Both the position numbers and the translations under genes were made by a program. 64,000 nt of DNA from Candidatus Peregrinibacteria bacterium CG10_big_fil_rev_8_21_14_0_10_49_16 (lineage in GTDB: Bacteria; Patescibacteriota; Gracilibacteria; Peribacterales; Peribacteraceae), in contig PFDS01000040.1 of assembly GCA_002772605.1 (NCBI GenBank), positions 14,862 to 78,861 on the forward strand, in the 5' to 3' direction. Positions 9,856-19,434 of this stretch are shown piece by piece (position 1 is the stretch's first letter; each line of letters begins with the position of its first letter). The notes beneath the pieces were generated by a model, which saw only the letters and a program-made list of their open reading frames with translations, was not told the origin of the DNA and ran no database searches.

Positions 9856-10734
9856 TTATCGTCGCTTGAGCAGTAACTCAATGGCTGTCTGTATCCAGAT
9901 TGTTTGTGTTCGGATACGTTTTTCCATTTCCCATACTGTAGGTGTTTCTGTCGTAAATGAGTGATCTGTGTACTGTTTCGGAGTCTTATTGACCCCATTC
10001 ATATAGCCCTCAAATGTTGCATCTTCCGCATAGGGCGGATGAGCACAGGCTTCAGGATAAGCCACGACACCGCCTGTATTCTTCTCTGTGTACACCTCTG
10101 GCCACTGACACACTTCCATATCGTTAGGCAGAGCTGCAATTAATTGTGGACCAATGCGATGTCGTACATCTGCCATTGTCTCAAAAAGAAAACATGCATG
10201 TGGATTGTCTTTTTCTGTAAACCCCTCCCCTGAAGCATCTGCTGGTACTTCATGACAATCCATTGTAAATGCAAAACGTACACCAGTAGCCCGGAGCCAC
10301 TGTTCTATGGCCTGCACTTCCTGTTGTTCTGTCTCTTTATTAAACGAACGATTAAGGTCGACACCATTCGCAGCAAACCGTGTGTCCAATTCAAAACCGC
10401 TCGGGTTCACGCAAGGAAACACATAGGCATTACACACAGTATCCTGCTCCTGAATACGGTTGCGTAACCAATCAATGACCGTATACACGCCAGCAGGCTC
10501 ATCGCCATGCACGCCCCCGGAAAGAAGAATAGTAGGTTTACCAGGATGAAATGTACGCGGGTACTGCACCAGAAATAGCGGCCGAGATGATATACCAGGA
10601 TACGACACTTCTGCCAATGGTTGCACATGGCAATGATCCATCTTCAGTAACGGATCTTGTACATCCCGCATAAACGAACGACGGAAGACGCGTGGCTGTT
10701 CTTGTTTCATATATGAGGAAGGGTTAACGTGCAC
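9856..10734 (-). CDS. M14 metallocarboxypeptidase / succinylglutamate desuccinylase-like
   Basis: GVHGDE, NPSG, DLNRSF and DCHE zinc-binding motifs; start may be 10710. Confidence 0.85.
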   Translation of the reverse strand: MHVNPSSYMKQEQPRVFRRSFMRDVQDPLLKMDHCHVQPLAEVSYPGISSRPLFLVQYPRTFHPGKPTILLSGGVHGDEPAGVYTVIDWLRNRIQEQDTVCNAYVFPCVNPSGFELDTRFAANGVDLNRSFNKETEQQEVQAIEQWLRATGVRFAFTMDCHEVPADASGEGFTEKDNPHACFLFETMADVRHRIGPQLIAALPNDMEVCQWPEVYTEKNTGGVVAYPEACAHPPYAEDATFEGYMNGVNKTPKQYTDHSFTTETPTVWEMEKRIRTQTIWIQTAIELLLKRR

Positions 10735-11593
10735 AACTCATATGCCGTGCCTGAATATAGCGCAGAACAAGCTCTTGTGGACGCAGGATATAGGAAGCCA
10801 GTTCTTCTGGGCTCGCATGCACTTGATCGTCTTCCAGACGGTTCAGGATCGTTGCACACACAGATGCAGCACGAATGCCGGCACGATGACAGAAGGCAGC
10901 CAGCATGGTTGTTTCCATTTCAATATTACATACGCCGGCACGATGAAGTTCTTGTAAGTACGCACACTGCTGCGCATGAGTAAATGGAGGAGAGAGAGCA
11001 CCATCCAAACGAGCCTGTTGTTCGTAGAAATCATCAACACTTAACGTTTTTCCTGTAGCAACAGGAAGACCATCGGCATGCTCCAGAAGAGATTCTCGTA
11101 TGAGAGGATCCAGTTGTGTTGGCGTACATTGCGTCTCTCCCAACACAATCTGCTCGTGCCATGGTTCCAATTTGGCATTCACACCCTCCTTAGAAATCAC
11201 CACTGTTCCCGGATTCAGACCAATACCCCCTGATGTCCCGATACGAATATATTCGGGATCATCACACCCTGCATGAAAAAGAAGCTTGGTTACTTCGTGA
11301 AGCAAAATAGAAATCGATGGCATCCCCATACCATGAGATACAGAGATAACGGGACCAACTTTATACAGGGAAAACCGTTCGATTTTGCCGATAGGTTCCA
11401 AAGAACAGTCAATATTCAACTGATCGGCAGAGTAGCGAGCAAAGGCCTGAGCACGCGCTGGACTTCCGCCCATACACACAACGGAAACATCTCCAAACAT
11501 CTCCATCAGATTCATATCCGTATCCAGTCCCAGATGATAGAACACATCTGGTTGCAAACGCTGCAGATAAGGATTCATCTTCCATTTCACCAT
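10724..11593 (-). CDS. uridine phosphorylase, eukaryote (UPP1)-like type
   Basis: GGSPAR, HGMGMPS, RIGTSGG, DFYEQQARLDG and NIEME motifs. Confidence 0.9.
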   Translation of the reverse strand: MVKWKMNPYLQRLQPDVFYHLGLDTDMNLMEMFGDVSVVCMGGSPARAQAFARYSADQLNIDCSLEPIGKIERFSLYKVGPVISVSHGMGMPSISILLHEVTKLLFHAGCDDPEYIRIGTSGGIGLNPGTVVISKEGVNAKLEPWHEQIVLGETQCTPTQLDPLIRESLLEHADGLPVATGKTLSVDDFYEQQARLDGALSPPFTHAQQCAYLQELHRAGVCNIEMETTMLAAFCHRAGIRAASVCATILNRLEDDQVHASPEELASYILRPQELVLRYIQARHMSCAR

Positions 11594-11620
11594 GATCTTG
11601 CATCATACTCTCATATATAT

Positions 11621-11648
11621 AAAAAACCAGCAGCATGCGCTGCTGGTT
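11621..11648 (-). terminator. intrinsic terminator after the Rieske oxygenase gene
   Basis: AACCAGCAGC-4nt-GCTGCTGGTT stem followed by a T-run on the minus strand. Confidence 0.75.
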
Positions 11649-11661
11649 CCGCTCATGTAGG

Positions 11662-12774
11662 TTAGAGAAGTTCGTCCGACGGCGGGTACGCCGCAGGAAG
11701 GAGGTGCTCATGCACCAATTGGTGCCAACGGAAGACCGCTGCTTCCTTGTCAGGCACATATGAGCCCGGACGATCGTAGGAAAGCGACAATCCGCCGCGA
11801 ATACGTGCACAAAGCACGTTATCTTCGCCTTGGGTTTCCCGGCTGCTCCGCGTGCTGTCCTCCCTGAAACTACTTCCCACATCCTTAGCAAAGAAGTAGT
11901 AGAAGTGAAGCATGCAACGATCAGGAGCGACCGGTTCCACGACATTCACATCAAGCACGCGGTCACCACTCTCATTGAACATCGTATTCGGAAAGAGTGA
12001 CCAGTACCGCGCAGTACCGGAACGCACTGTCCCACTCTCTTGTTTGAATGGGGCATATTGCAGTGCGAAGTGACTGGAAACCTCCACGCGGTAATCCGGA
12101 CTGATCGTCGCGGCAAGACTGGGATGTGCGCTGCGATGATACAAACCATCATTGTAGTTATCCATCACATGCAGCCAGCTCGCGTGGATGTCATGCGTAT
12201 CCTTTCCGGCGTATTCCATCGCCGCAAAGTGCGAACCGCGCTCGTAGAGTGAGCCCATCGTCTCCGCAAAGTCCGGCGGATCACTATCCATGCACACCCA
12301 TACGAATGGGCCCCATTCCCTCACGGGAAAACTCTTCAGATTGTGCATGCCGGCACGGCAGAAACCATCCGGGGTATCCGGTGCAATGCGCAGTTCTCCC
12401 TTGAGGTTCCATGTCCATCGGTGATTGGGGCACTGGATCCTCTCTGTAGATGCACAATCTGCATCGAAGAGTTGCGTCCCCCAATGCGTGCATGAGTTAG
12501 GAAACGCACGCAACACTCCTTCCCGGTCACGAACGAGCACCATCGGATGCCCTGCAATCTGGATACAGCACACAGACTCAGGCTCAGAAATACCATCCTG
12601 CAATGCAGCAATCTGCCACGTCCTGCGGAAAATGTACCGCTGCTGAAGCTGAAACATCCATGGATCTAAAAACCAAGACACCGGGGGACGTTGCGCTCTA
12701 TCAAGAGGCAAGGTCGGGTCAAACTGGTCAAGTTCGTGAGCGAGACACTCACGATCAGGTCGAGAGAGGTTCAT
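11662..12774 (-). CDS. Rieske non-heme iron oxygenase alpha subunit, choline monooxygenase-like
   Basis: Rieske CTH...CPNH ligands; DNYNDGLYH..H and ED iron-site motifs; SD AAGGAGA before ATG 12774. Confidence 0.85.
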   Translation of the reverse strand: MNLSRPDRECLAHELDQFDPTLPLDRAQRPPVSWFLDPWMFQLQQRYIFRRTWQIAALQDGISEPESVCCIQIAGHPMVLVRDREGVLRAFPNSCTHWGTQLFDADCASTERIQCPNHRWTWNLKGELRIAPDTPDGFCRAGMHNLKSFPVREWGPFVWVCMDSDPPDFAETMGSLYERGSHFAAMEYAGKDTHDIHASWLHVMDNYNDGLYHRSAHPSLAATISPDYRVEVSSHFALQYAPFKQESGTVRSGTARYWSLFPNTMFNESGDRVLDVNVVEPVAPDRCMLHFYYFFAKDVGSSFREDSTRSSRETQGEDNVLCARIRGGLSLSYDRPGSYVPDKEAAVFRWHQLVHEHLLPAAYPPSDELL

Positions 12775-12817
12775 GCGATATCTCCTTTTCTGAAATGCAA
12801 ATGAGCGGCTGTTTATG

Positions 12818-14446
12818 CTAGCGCTCCAGTTTACGCCGGGCAAGCTCGTACCCCGGCTGCACGTTCAACGCATTCTCAAAGGATACATGCGCATCTGACA
12901 TACGACCCTGCCTTTCATAGGCCACACCAAGATTGTAGTGCAGTTCTGGAATATTGAAATCGAGTTCCCGCCCACGTTCCAGAAGTTTAGTAGCACGACG
13001 CGTCTCCCCCTGTAAAAGAACCAAACCGCCAAGTTGAGAATATCCCTGTCCATCATGAGATTGTAAGGCAACATACCTCTCAAACAGTGGCACTGCTTCT
13101 GTAAATTTCTCCTGCACCACCAATACGCGTCCTAAACTAAACAGCGCTCGTGGATTCTCTTTCACTGAAAGCGACTGCCGATAGAGCTCTTCTGCTTCTG
13201 AGAGCTTTCCTTCCTGTGCACGAAAACCTGCAAGATTGTTATAGGCAAGATGGGAATTACTGTAGTGATCAATGACATTCTGAAAAAGTCTCTCGCTGTT
13301 TTTCCAGACCATTGACTGCTGATATGTCAGCCAAGCAAATAGAACAGTGACAGTGCAAGTTACATAGAGAGTTTTGTGCCAACGTAGCATGGCTACACCC
13401 ACAAGAAACAGTGGCACAAGGATGGCCAAGTACGCATACCTGTCTGACGCGAAGTACACATCAAGTGAACCACTGTCACTCCCCTTCAGTACATTTGCAA
13501 ATGAGGGAAGGAGAAAAAAGATAAAGAGCAACCATAATGCCACCCACAAACGGTCCCTGCGCAACCGAAGCCACGCACCCACAGAAATACCAACAAGAAG
13601 GAACATTCCAAGAAGCACACGCACATTCAAGAACGACACTGCATCAGTAAACGGATAGAGAATCGCAAGTTTTGTAGGAAGGAAAAATTTCTGGATGTAA
13701 AACGGAACCGATACAAACGGCATGAGAAGCAGAGTGCCCCAATCTGTGACCTGCGCACGTTTCCCAAAGAGTGCAATGACAACGAAGAGAGCTGCTAAAG
13801 CAAAGTACGGGCATTTTTCACGAATAGATCGTCGATCTACATGTCCGTCTTTATACCAATCCAAAAGAAGTAGCATGAATGGCAAGAGAGCAATGGAGAC
13901 TTTGGAGAGTAGCCCCAACGCAAAGGCACTGACACTCAACCAATACCCATGTGTCAGGGTGACACGTGCATTTCTCCACTGTAAAAACAGATAAACACTA
14001 CTCAGAAAGAACATGCTTGATAAGAGATCTTTCCGTGCCGCTCCCCATACGACTGTTTCCACGACCAGTGGGTGTACTGAAAAGAGTAACGCGCAGAGTA
14101 GCGCTATATACTCTCTAAAAAATCGTCGAAAAATCAGAAATACCAGCAGTGTGTTCACCACATGCAAAAGCAGATTCGTAGCGTGAACAACCATCGGATC
14201 AAATCCGCCAAATAGCGCGTATTCCAGCTGGTACGTCAGAAGTGTCAGCGGTATGTAGAGTTCCGGATCATATGTCGTAAACGCACGTTTCACATTCGCC
14301 CATGACAATCCTTGAGAGGTGGGATTATCAATAATAAGCAACTCGTCATCAAGCGCAACGAACTCGTTGGAAAGAGATTGAAAAAAAACAAGAAGAGGTA
14401 GTGCGATGATGCACAGAACTGCGAGCCACGTTTGCTTCACTTGCAT
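12818..14446 (-). CDS. TMTC-like GT-C glycosyltransferase with C-terminal TPRs
   Basis: LDD loop, YIPLT, HPLVVE and DRYAYL motifs, many TM helices, then TPR repeats. Confidence 0.8.
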   Translation of the reverse strand: MQVKQTWLAVLCIIALPLLVFFQSLSNEFVALDDELLIIDNPTSQGLSWANVKRAFTTYDPELYIPLTLLTYQLEYALFGGFDPMVVHATNLLLHVVNTLLVFLIFRRFFREYIALLCALLFSVHPLVVETVVWGAARKDLLSSMFFLSSVYLFLQWRNARVTLTHGYWLSVSAFALGLLSKVSIALLPFMLLLLDWYKDGHVDRRSIREKCPYFALAALFVVIALFGKRAQVTDWGTLLLMPFVSVPFYIQKFFLPTKLAILYPFTDAVSFLNVRVLLGMFLLVGISVGAWLRLRRDRLWVALWLLFIFFLLPSFANVLKGSDSGSLDVYFASDRYAYLAILVPLFLVGVAMLRWHKTLYVTCTVTVLFAWLTYQQSMVWKNSERLFQNVIDHYSNSHLAYNNLAGFRAQEGKLSEAEELYRQSLSVKENPRALFSLGRVLVVQEKFTEAVPLFERYVALQSHDGQGYSQLGGLVLLQGETRRATKLLERGRELDFNIPELHYNLGVAYERQGRMSDAHVSFENALNVQPGYELARRKLER

Positions 14447-14477
14447 AAAAAAATCATACCATTTTTCAGACTGCGAG

Positions 14478-14511
14478 CCTCACCCTGAACCCTCTCCCAA
14501 TGGGAGAGGGA
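14478..14511. repeat. REP-like palindrome, CCCTCTCCC/GGGAGAGGG family
   Basis: cctcaccctgaaccctctcccaatgggagaggg; related copy at 23109-23143. Confidence 0.6.
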
Positions 14512-14529
14512 AGAAGGTATACTCCTTTC

Positions 14530-15075
14530 ATGCGCATTGCAGTCGGGTCTCTCAACCCCGCAAAAATCGAAGCCGTGCGAGAAGCATTCGCAGACATGTG
14601 GCCACGCGAAACATGGATCGTTGAAAGCGTTGCCGTACCGTCAGGTGTATCCGACCAGCCAATGAGTGATGAAGAGAGTGTGCGTGGTGCACGTAACCGT
14701 GCAGAGAACGCACTTCGAGCTCTTGAAGCAGATTTCGCTGTGGGACTTGAGGGAGGCATCCAACGTATTGACGGACAGTACTACGATTGTGGATGGGCAG
14801 TGGTGATCGATAAAGAAGGATTTGAGGGAGTAGGCTCCAGTGTCCGCATGCGCGTTCCTGAAGCGATCATGGAGCGTATCGGACAAGGCGAAGAACTCGG
14901 TAGTGCCATCGACCGTATTTTTGGTACAGACAATGCAAAAGAGAAAGAAGGACACTTCGGTCTCATGACCAATAACCGGATCACCCGCGCGGAGGGGTAC
15001 AAAGACGGTGTCCTCTCAGCACTGGGGTGCTTTTTGCATAAAGAGTTATTTACATCTGCGGCCGTCGCTTCTTAA
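14530..15075 (+). CDS. yjjX: inosine/xanthosine triphosphatase (DUF84)
   Basis: VGSLNPAK, SGVSDQP, GARNRA and GLEGG motifs. Confidence 0.9.
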   Translation: MRIAVGSLNPAKIEAVREAFADMWPRETWIVESVAVPSGVSDQPMSDEESVRGARNRAENALRALEADFAVGLEGGIQRIDGQYYDCGWAVVIDKEGFEGVGSSVRMRVPEAIMERIGQGEELGSAIDRIFGTDNAKEKEGHFGLMTNNRITRAEGYKDGVLSALGCFLHKELFTSAAVAS

Positions 15076-15592
15076 GCGCAAAAAATATGTCGCGCACGAG
15101 ATCATCGTGCATTTCTTTTTCCACAAAATCGAAAAATTCAGACAAATCTTTTTGATATTTCTGTTCGTACTCTAATGTTTGAAGCGCCAAATCTAGCCGT
15201 TCCAGCTGACGAGCAGCTTTTGCCTCCGGCGTCTCACCTGCCTCAAACTCTTCCCACAACCCTACAATCACATCACCTTTGGGAAATTTCTTGCATAACT
15301 TCCGCATCGCCTCACGTTCACGCCTTTCTTTTTCTTCCGGGAGCACATTATCAGCTGGGATAATATCCCCTACTTCCGGATCACTCTCCGCAAGATCGTG
15401 CACAGCAAGAATCTGCACAAGTCTTCCCACATCAACACCCAGTTGAGACCCAAGAATGCATCCAAGAAGAACAGATCCAGAAAGATGATCAGCAACAGAT
15501 TCAGGGTGATCAAACTGCTCTCGTACCCACCCACGCCGACGAAGTTCTTTTAGACGAACAACTTGTTGCAGTGCATCTATGAGAACATCCAT
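15050..15592 (-). CDS. HD domain 5'-deoxynucleotidase (YfbR/HDDC2-like)
   Basis: LKELRRRGW, ESVADH, HDLAE and WEEFE motifs. Confidence 0.85.
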   Translation of the reverse strand: MDVLIDALQQVVRLKELRRRGWVREQFDHPESVADHLSGSVLLGCILGSQLGVDVGRLVQILAVHDLAESDPEVGDIIPADNVLPEEKERREREAMRKLCKKFPKGDVIVGLWEEFEAGETPEAKAARQLERLDLALQTLEYEQKYQKDLSEFFDFVEKEMHDDLVRDIFFALKKRRPQM

Positions 15593-15669
15593 GCATCCAG
15601 TGTGCTGGAACTTCTCCTCAAACACTAGTAGACTTTTTCACGATCCTTACGAACGAAAGGAGGTGGCAC

Positions 15670-15810
15670 ATGTCACTTCAGGGGATCCGGCGTCTTTTTC
15701 TCTATCTTGTCTTCGGCGGACTACTTGGTGTTCCTCTTATCGGATGTTCGGAGAAACCGAAAGAGGAAAACACCAAGAAACAATCCGACAAAGACAAAAA
15801 AGATTGCTGA
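15670..15810 (+). CDS. 46-aa putative lipoprotein (below the ORF-track cutoff)
   Basis: SD AAAGGAGGTG; translates to MSLQGIRRLFLYLVFGGLLGVPLIGCSEKPKEENTKKQSDKDKKDC; lipobox LIGC. Confidence 0.6.
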   Translation: MSLQGIRRLFLYLVFGGLLGVPLIGCSEKPKEENTKKQSDKDKKDC

Positions 15811-15874
15811 ACGCCGAAAAAGTAGTCACGCGTGACGTGGCTTTCGTAGGCGGAGCAACTCTGCTCCGCCCTTT

Positions 15875-16276
15875 TTATACTTCTGGAGGCGTAAACTCCA
15901 TTCCACAGTTACTGCATGTACACATAGGCGTATCGTCTTTGTAGCGAACAGAGATGCGCTTCTTTGTCGTGGACTTCTGTGTTTGCAATGCTCTCTTTCC
16001 ATCCTTCTCCAAATGAAATATCTGCTTTCCTTTTACTGTGAAACCATTCATTAAACCGCACTTTGGGCACTGTAACAGCAGCTGCTCCGGGTTATCTTCT
16101 GTATCTGTCAATGTGCGAATTTTCTCAGATAGAAGCACCACCTGCTGAAAAAGGTCACCATCTTCCTCTTCGATCACAATACGAACATCAGCAAACCCTT
16201 CCCCAGGAATACCTGCACGCTTTCCATGTAAACGTCTCCCATACTCCTCCCGTGTTTCCGGCCAGTGTTCTCTCAT
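15875..16276 (-). CDS. hypothetical zinc-ribbon protein
   Basis: CPKC and CSNC pairs; ATGA coupling to the upstream gene. Confidence 0.65.
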   Translation of the reverse strand: MREHWPETREEYGRRLHGKRAGIPGEGFADVRIVIEEEDGDLFQQVVLLSEKIRTLTDTEDNPEQLLLQCPKCGLMNGFTVKGKQIFHLEKDGKRALQTQKSTTKKRISVRYKDDTPMCTCSNCGMEFTPPEV

Positions 16277-16536
16277 TTTCGAGAACATAACCAGTTATAG
16301 AGCCACGCAAAGATGTACCCGCCGATAAATGCATCGATGAACCCCCATACACCGCCAATGAGACTGCCTTCCGGAGTTGCGCTGTATCCCAGATATCCCG
16401 AACCAATGAAGTCGACAATAGGCGCTCCGACCTGTGCAAACGCTGCAAGAAATCCCAAGAGGAAAATGCCCAGTCCCCACGTGATGCCACAGGCAAGCGC
16501 AAAATTTTGAACATGAAACAGTTGATTCTTAGCCAT
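16273..16536 (-). CDS. small two-TM membrane protein
   Basis: YLGY..T..GSLIGGVWGFIDAFIGG..FAWLYN pattern of a widespread small membrane family. Confidence 0.7.
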   Translation of the reverse strand: MAKNQLFHVQNFALACGITWGLGIFLLGFLAAFAQVGAPIVDFIGSGYLGYSATPEGSLIGGVWGFIDAFIGGYIFAWLYNWLCSRK

Positions 16537-16652
16537 GGTATACATCGTACTCCTCATTCGAAGAGGCACCTCTAGACAAAAATATAAACAGAAGTAGTTT
16601 CGCATATCATCATTTGCAATGAAGACATAAAAGGGGTATACAGTACGATTCC

Positions 16653-18173
16653 ATGGAAAATCCATATTATTTTCAGCAGGAGGAAATACGACGACGCGAC
16701 GCAGAAAACGTTCTAATGTATGCACCAAAACACCACTCTCCAAACCTTATTCCATGGCCTCGTTGTCCGGAAGCAGAACAATATGTACAGGAACAGATCG
16801 AACATTTCCTTGAGAACCATACGTTTGCACGCGAGCTCCAAAAACGCATGCGGGAAGAAACGAGTACGCGCTTTACCGACTGGGTTGATCACGTGTCTAT
16901 CCCCTTACGCCCACAGCATCTTACGAGATTGAGCCAGACAGGATTTACCTGTCGGTATGAGCACAGTAAGCAAGGACACGGTATCCCCTACTGGCATCCT
17001 CATGGAGACTTTCCCGATATTCTTCTCCATAGCGATCCTCAAACACTGGAGGTGGCAATGAAAGTAGATTCGATCAAAGACTTTCTCATTTCCCATAACC
17101 GTCTTGATCTCATCGATCAGGTTGAAGGATCACGTTTTGGAAAGTTCCGCAGAATACGCATTCCGGAAGGAAGTATAATCCTCTCCATTGTTGAACGCAG
17201 AGGATACAAAGGATTCACTCCGGACACAGATCTGGAAGCGGAAGAAAAATATTTGCATGCAAAGGCCACTTGGGATTCGCGCATTCGTGACTTTGAGCCA
17301 AAGAGAGAGACAGAGGGCATGGAATACACTCTGCAACTCGCACAGAAAATAGCCGAAGACGTCGGGCCGGACCTTGCCGCAGATATTGCCATGGCATCGG
17401 AACGCGAATACTGGACAAAACGAAATGCAGCAGCACGGTTGCAAAAAGTAAGACAAGATCGACTGGGTCTTGGTTGGGCAAACCATGACCATCACACATT
17501 CCGTTCCAGCCGAAAGCATTACCTCACACTCATGAAAATTTTTCAAACATTGGGGTTTAAGAAACGTGAACGGTACTCACCTCCTGATGCAGACTGGGGC
17601 GCACAAATTTTTGAGCAACCAAATGCAGGTATTGTTATCTTCGCCGACGTTGACCTGTTTCCAGAAGAAAAAGAGGATGATTTCGATTTCTCTACACAGA
17701 AACTCCCGACAAAAAGAAAATGTTTTACCGTTGGACGCTGGTGTGCACTTCACGGAGACTCTATTCTCCAGGCAGGCATGCATCACCTCGAAGCGCAGTT
17801 TGATTTCGACAAATTAGAGACAGACTTGAAAGCACAAGACGTGCACATGATTGATCCATTTAGCAACGAATGCGATGCAGACAATCGTCTTTTCCTGAAA
17901 CAAACGTTTACGGAAGGAGAAATGTGGCCAGTGGACCAGGAACGACTGGATACGGCTCTATCACGCCGCGCCATTGGAAAAAAAACATACAATGCCATTA
18001 TGCAAACACGAAAAGCAGTCGGGAGCGTCCTGGAGAACCTTGAAAGAAATATGGGATATAAAGGTTTTAAACAGGAAGGCGTATCGGATGTTCTCGACCG
18101 CGTCGATCCCAAAAAACTTGCGGAGGAATCGGAAGAAACACGCCGTAAACTTACCAAAACTATGTCATCCTGA
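16653..18173 (+). CDS. conserved hypothetical protein, possible VOC/glyoxalase-fold metalloenzyme
   Basis: WVDHV, WANHDHHTFRSSR and GMHHLE motifs. Confidence 0.6.
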   Translation: MENPYYFQQEEIRRRDAENVLMYAPKHHSPNLIPWPRCPEAEQYVQEQIEHFLENHTFARELQKRMREETSTRFTDWVDHVSIPLRPQHLTRLSQTGFTCRYEHSKQGHGIPYWHPHGDFPDILLHSDPQTLEVAMKVDSIKDFLISHNRLDLIDQVEGSRFGKFRRIRIPEGSIILSIVERRGYKGFTPDTDLEAEEKYLHAKATWDSRIRDFEPKRETEGMEYTLQLAQKIAEDVGPDLAADIAMASEREYWTKRNAAARLQKVRQDRLGLGWANHDHHTFRSSRKHYLTLMKIFQTLGFKKRERYSPPDADWGAQIFEQPNAGIVIFADVDLFPEEKEDDFDFSTQKLPTKRKCFTVGRWCALHGDSILQAGMHHLEAQFDFDKLETDLKAQDVHMIDPFSNECDADNRLFLKQTFTEGEMWPVDQERLDTALSRRAIGKKTYNAIMQTRKAVGSVLENLERNMGYKGFKQEGVSDVLDRVDPKKLAEESEETRRKLTKTMSS

Positions 18174-18216
18174 GCCTGTCTGCCGACAGGCAGGCAGGTC
18201 TGACAAAGGACGAAGT
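18163..18216. repeat. REP-like element (GTCAnnCTGAGC family) with nested CCTGCC-type palindrome
   Basis: tgtcatcctgagcctgtctgccgacaggcaggcagg; supplies the stop codon of the upstream gene. Confidence 0.6.
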
Positions 18217-18230
18217 GCTACCATGCTTCT

Positions 18231-18761
18231 ATGACACGCGATGTTATCCTCGTTGACGTTCAGGGAAACGCGATCGGCACCATGGAAATCTTTTCCGCTC
18301 ACGCAAAGCCTGGTCATCTCCACCGTGCATTTTCTGTGTGTGTCTTCCGAGAGAGCAACCGAGAAGAACTTCTCATTCAAAAACGGGCTCGTTTCAAACC
18401 TCTCTTCCCTCATCTCTGGAGCAATACTTGCTGCTCCCATCCATTTCCTGAAGAAAATATCGTCACTGCCGCAGAAAAACGTTTACAAGAAGAACTGGGG
18501 TTTACCTGTTTGCTAAAAAACGTGGGGGCATTTGTCTATCAGGCAGACGATCCTGCCACAGATCTCTCAGAACACGAACACGATACTGTCCTTATCGGCA
18601 CTATGCCGAACGCTGAAATTATCCCCAATCCACACGAAGTTGCAGACTGGAAATGGATCACCATTCGTACACTACAACAAGACATGACCGCATATCCGGA
18701 AAAATATTCCCCTTGGTTTGCACAGGTTCTCACCATCGCTCTACAGTGTGCTCATGTCTGA
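18231..18761 (+). CDS. idi: isopentenyl-diphosphate delta-isomerase type 1
   Basis: LHRAFS, NTCCSHP and EHEHD motifs. Confidence 0.95.
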   Translation: MTRDVILVDVQGNAIGTMEIFSAHAKPGHLHRAFSVCVFRESNREELLIQKRARFKPLFPHLWSNTCCSHPFPEENIVTAAEKRLQEELGFTCLLKNVGAFVYQADDPATDLSEHEHDTVLIGTMPNAEIIPNPHEVADWKWITIRTLQQDMTAYPEKYSPWFAQVLTIALQCAHV

Positions 18762-19434
18762 GAAAAAACTTCATCTTGCCATTATTCCCGATGGCAATCG
18801 CCGCTGGGCACGTGCGAAGGGACTCCATCCATGGGAAGGTCATGCGCGGGCAGTGGAAAATTTTCGGACAATTTCCGACTGGTGCAGAGCACATGAACAG
18901 ATCACCACCTTGACAATATGGTGTTTTTCAACGGAAAACTGGAAACGCGATAAAAAAGAGATCAGTAAGCTCATGTCACTTCTCGAAAATTATGTGAAGA
19001 AGAACCGTAACGATATGAACAAACAGCAAACACGTTTCCTGCATTCCGGCCGGAAAGACCGAATTCCTGCATCGTTGGCAAAATCTTTCACAGAGATTGA
19101 AAAAGAAACTAAACATAATGTTAAGTTTAATTTACATCTTGCACTAGATTATGGGGGGAAAGATGAAATCTTGAGAGCAATAGAGCGAATGAAAAACAAT
19201 GAAACACTCGCTCAAAATGACATACTGCGTCCCTACCTTGACCAACCAGATCTTCCCGATATCGACATCATCATTCGCACATCTGGGGAACATCGCACTA
19301 GCAACTTCTTTCTCTGGCAATCCACTTACGCCGAATGGTTCTTCCTTGAAAAGCATTTTCCAGACTTTGAAATAACAGACATTGAGCAAGTGCTTGACGA
19401 ATACGTACAAAGGCAGCGACGATTTGGCGGATGA
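18754..19434 (+). CDS. uppS: polyprenyl diphosphate synthase (cis-prenyltransferase)
   Basis: IPDGNRRWA, FSTENWKR and IRTSGEHRTSNF motifs. Confidence 0.95.
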   Translation: MSEKKLHLAIIPDGNRRWARAKGLHPWEGHARAVENFRTISDWCRAHEQITTLTIWCFSTENWKRDKKEISKLMSLLENYVKKNRNDMNKQQTRFLHSGRKDRIPASLAKSFTEIEKETKHNVKFNLHLALDYGGKDEILRAIERMKNNETLAQNDILRPYLDQPDLPDIDIIIRTSGEHRTSNFFLWQSTYAEWFFLEKHFPDFEITDIEQVLDEYVQRQRRFGG

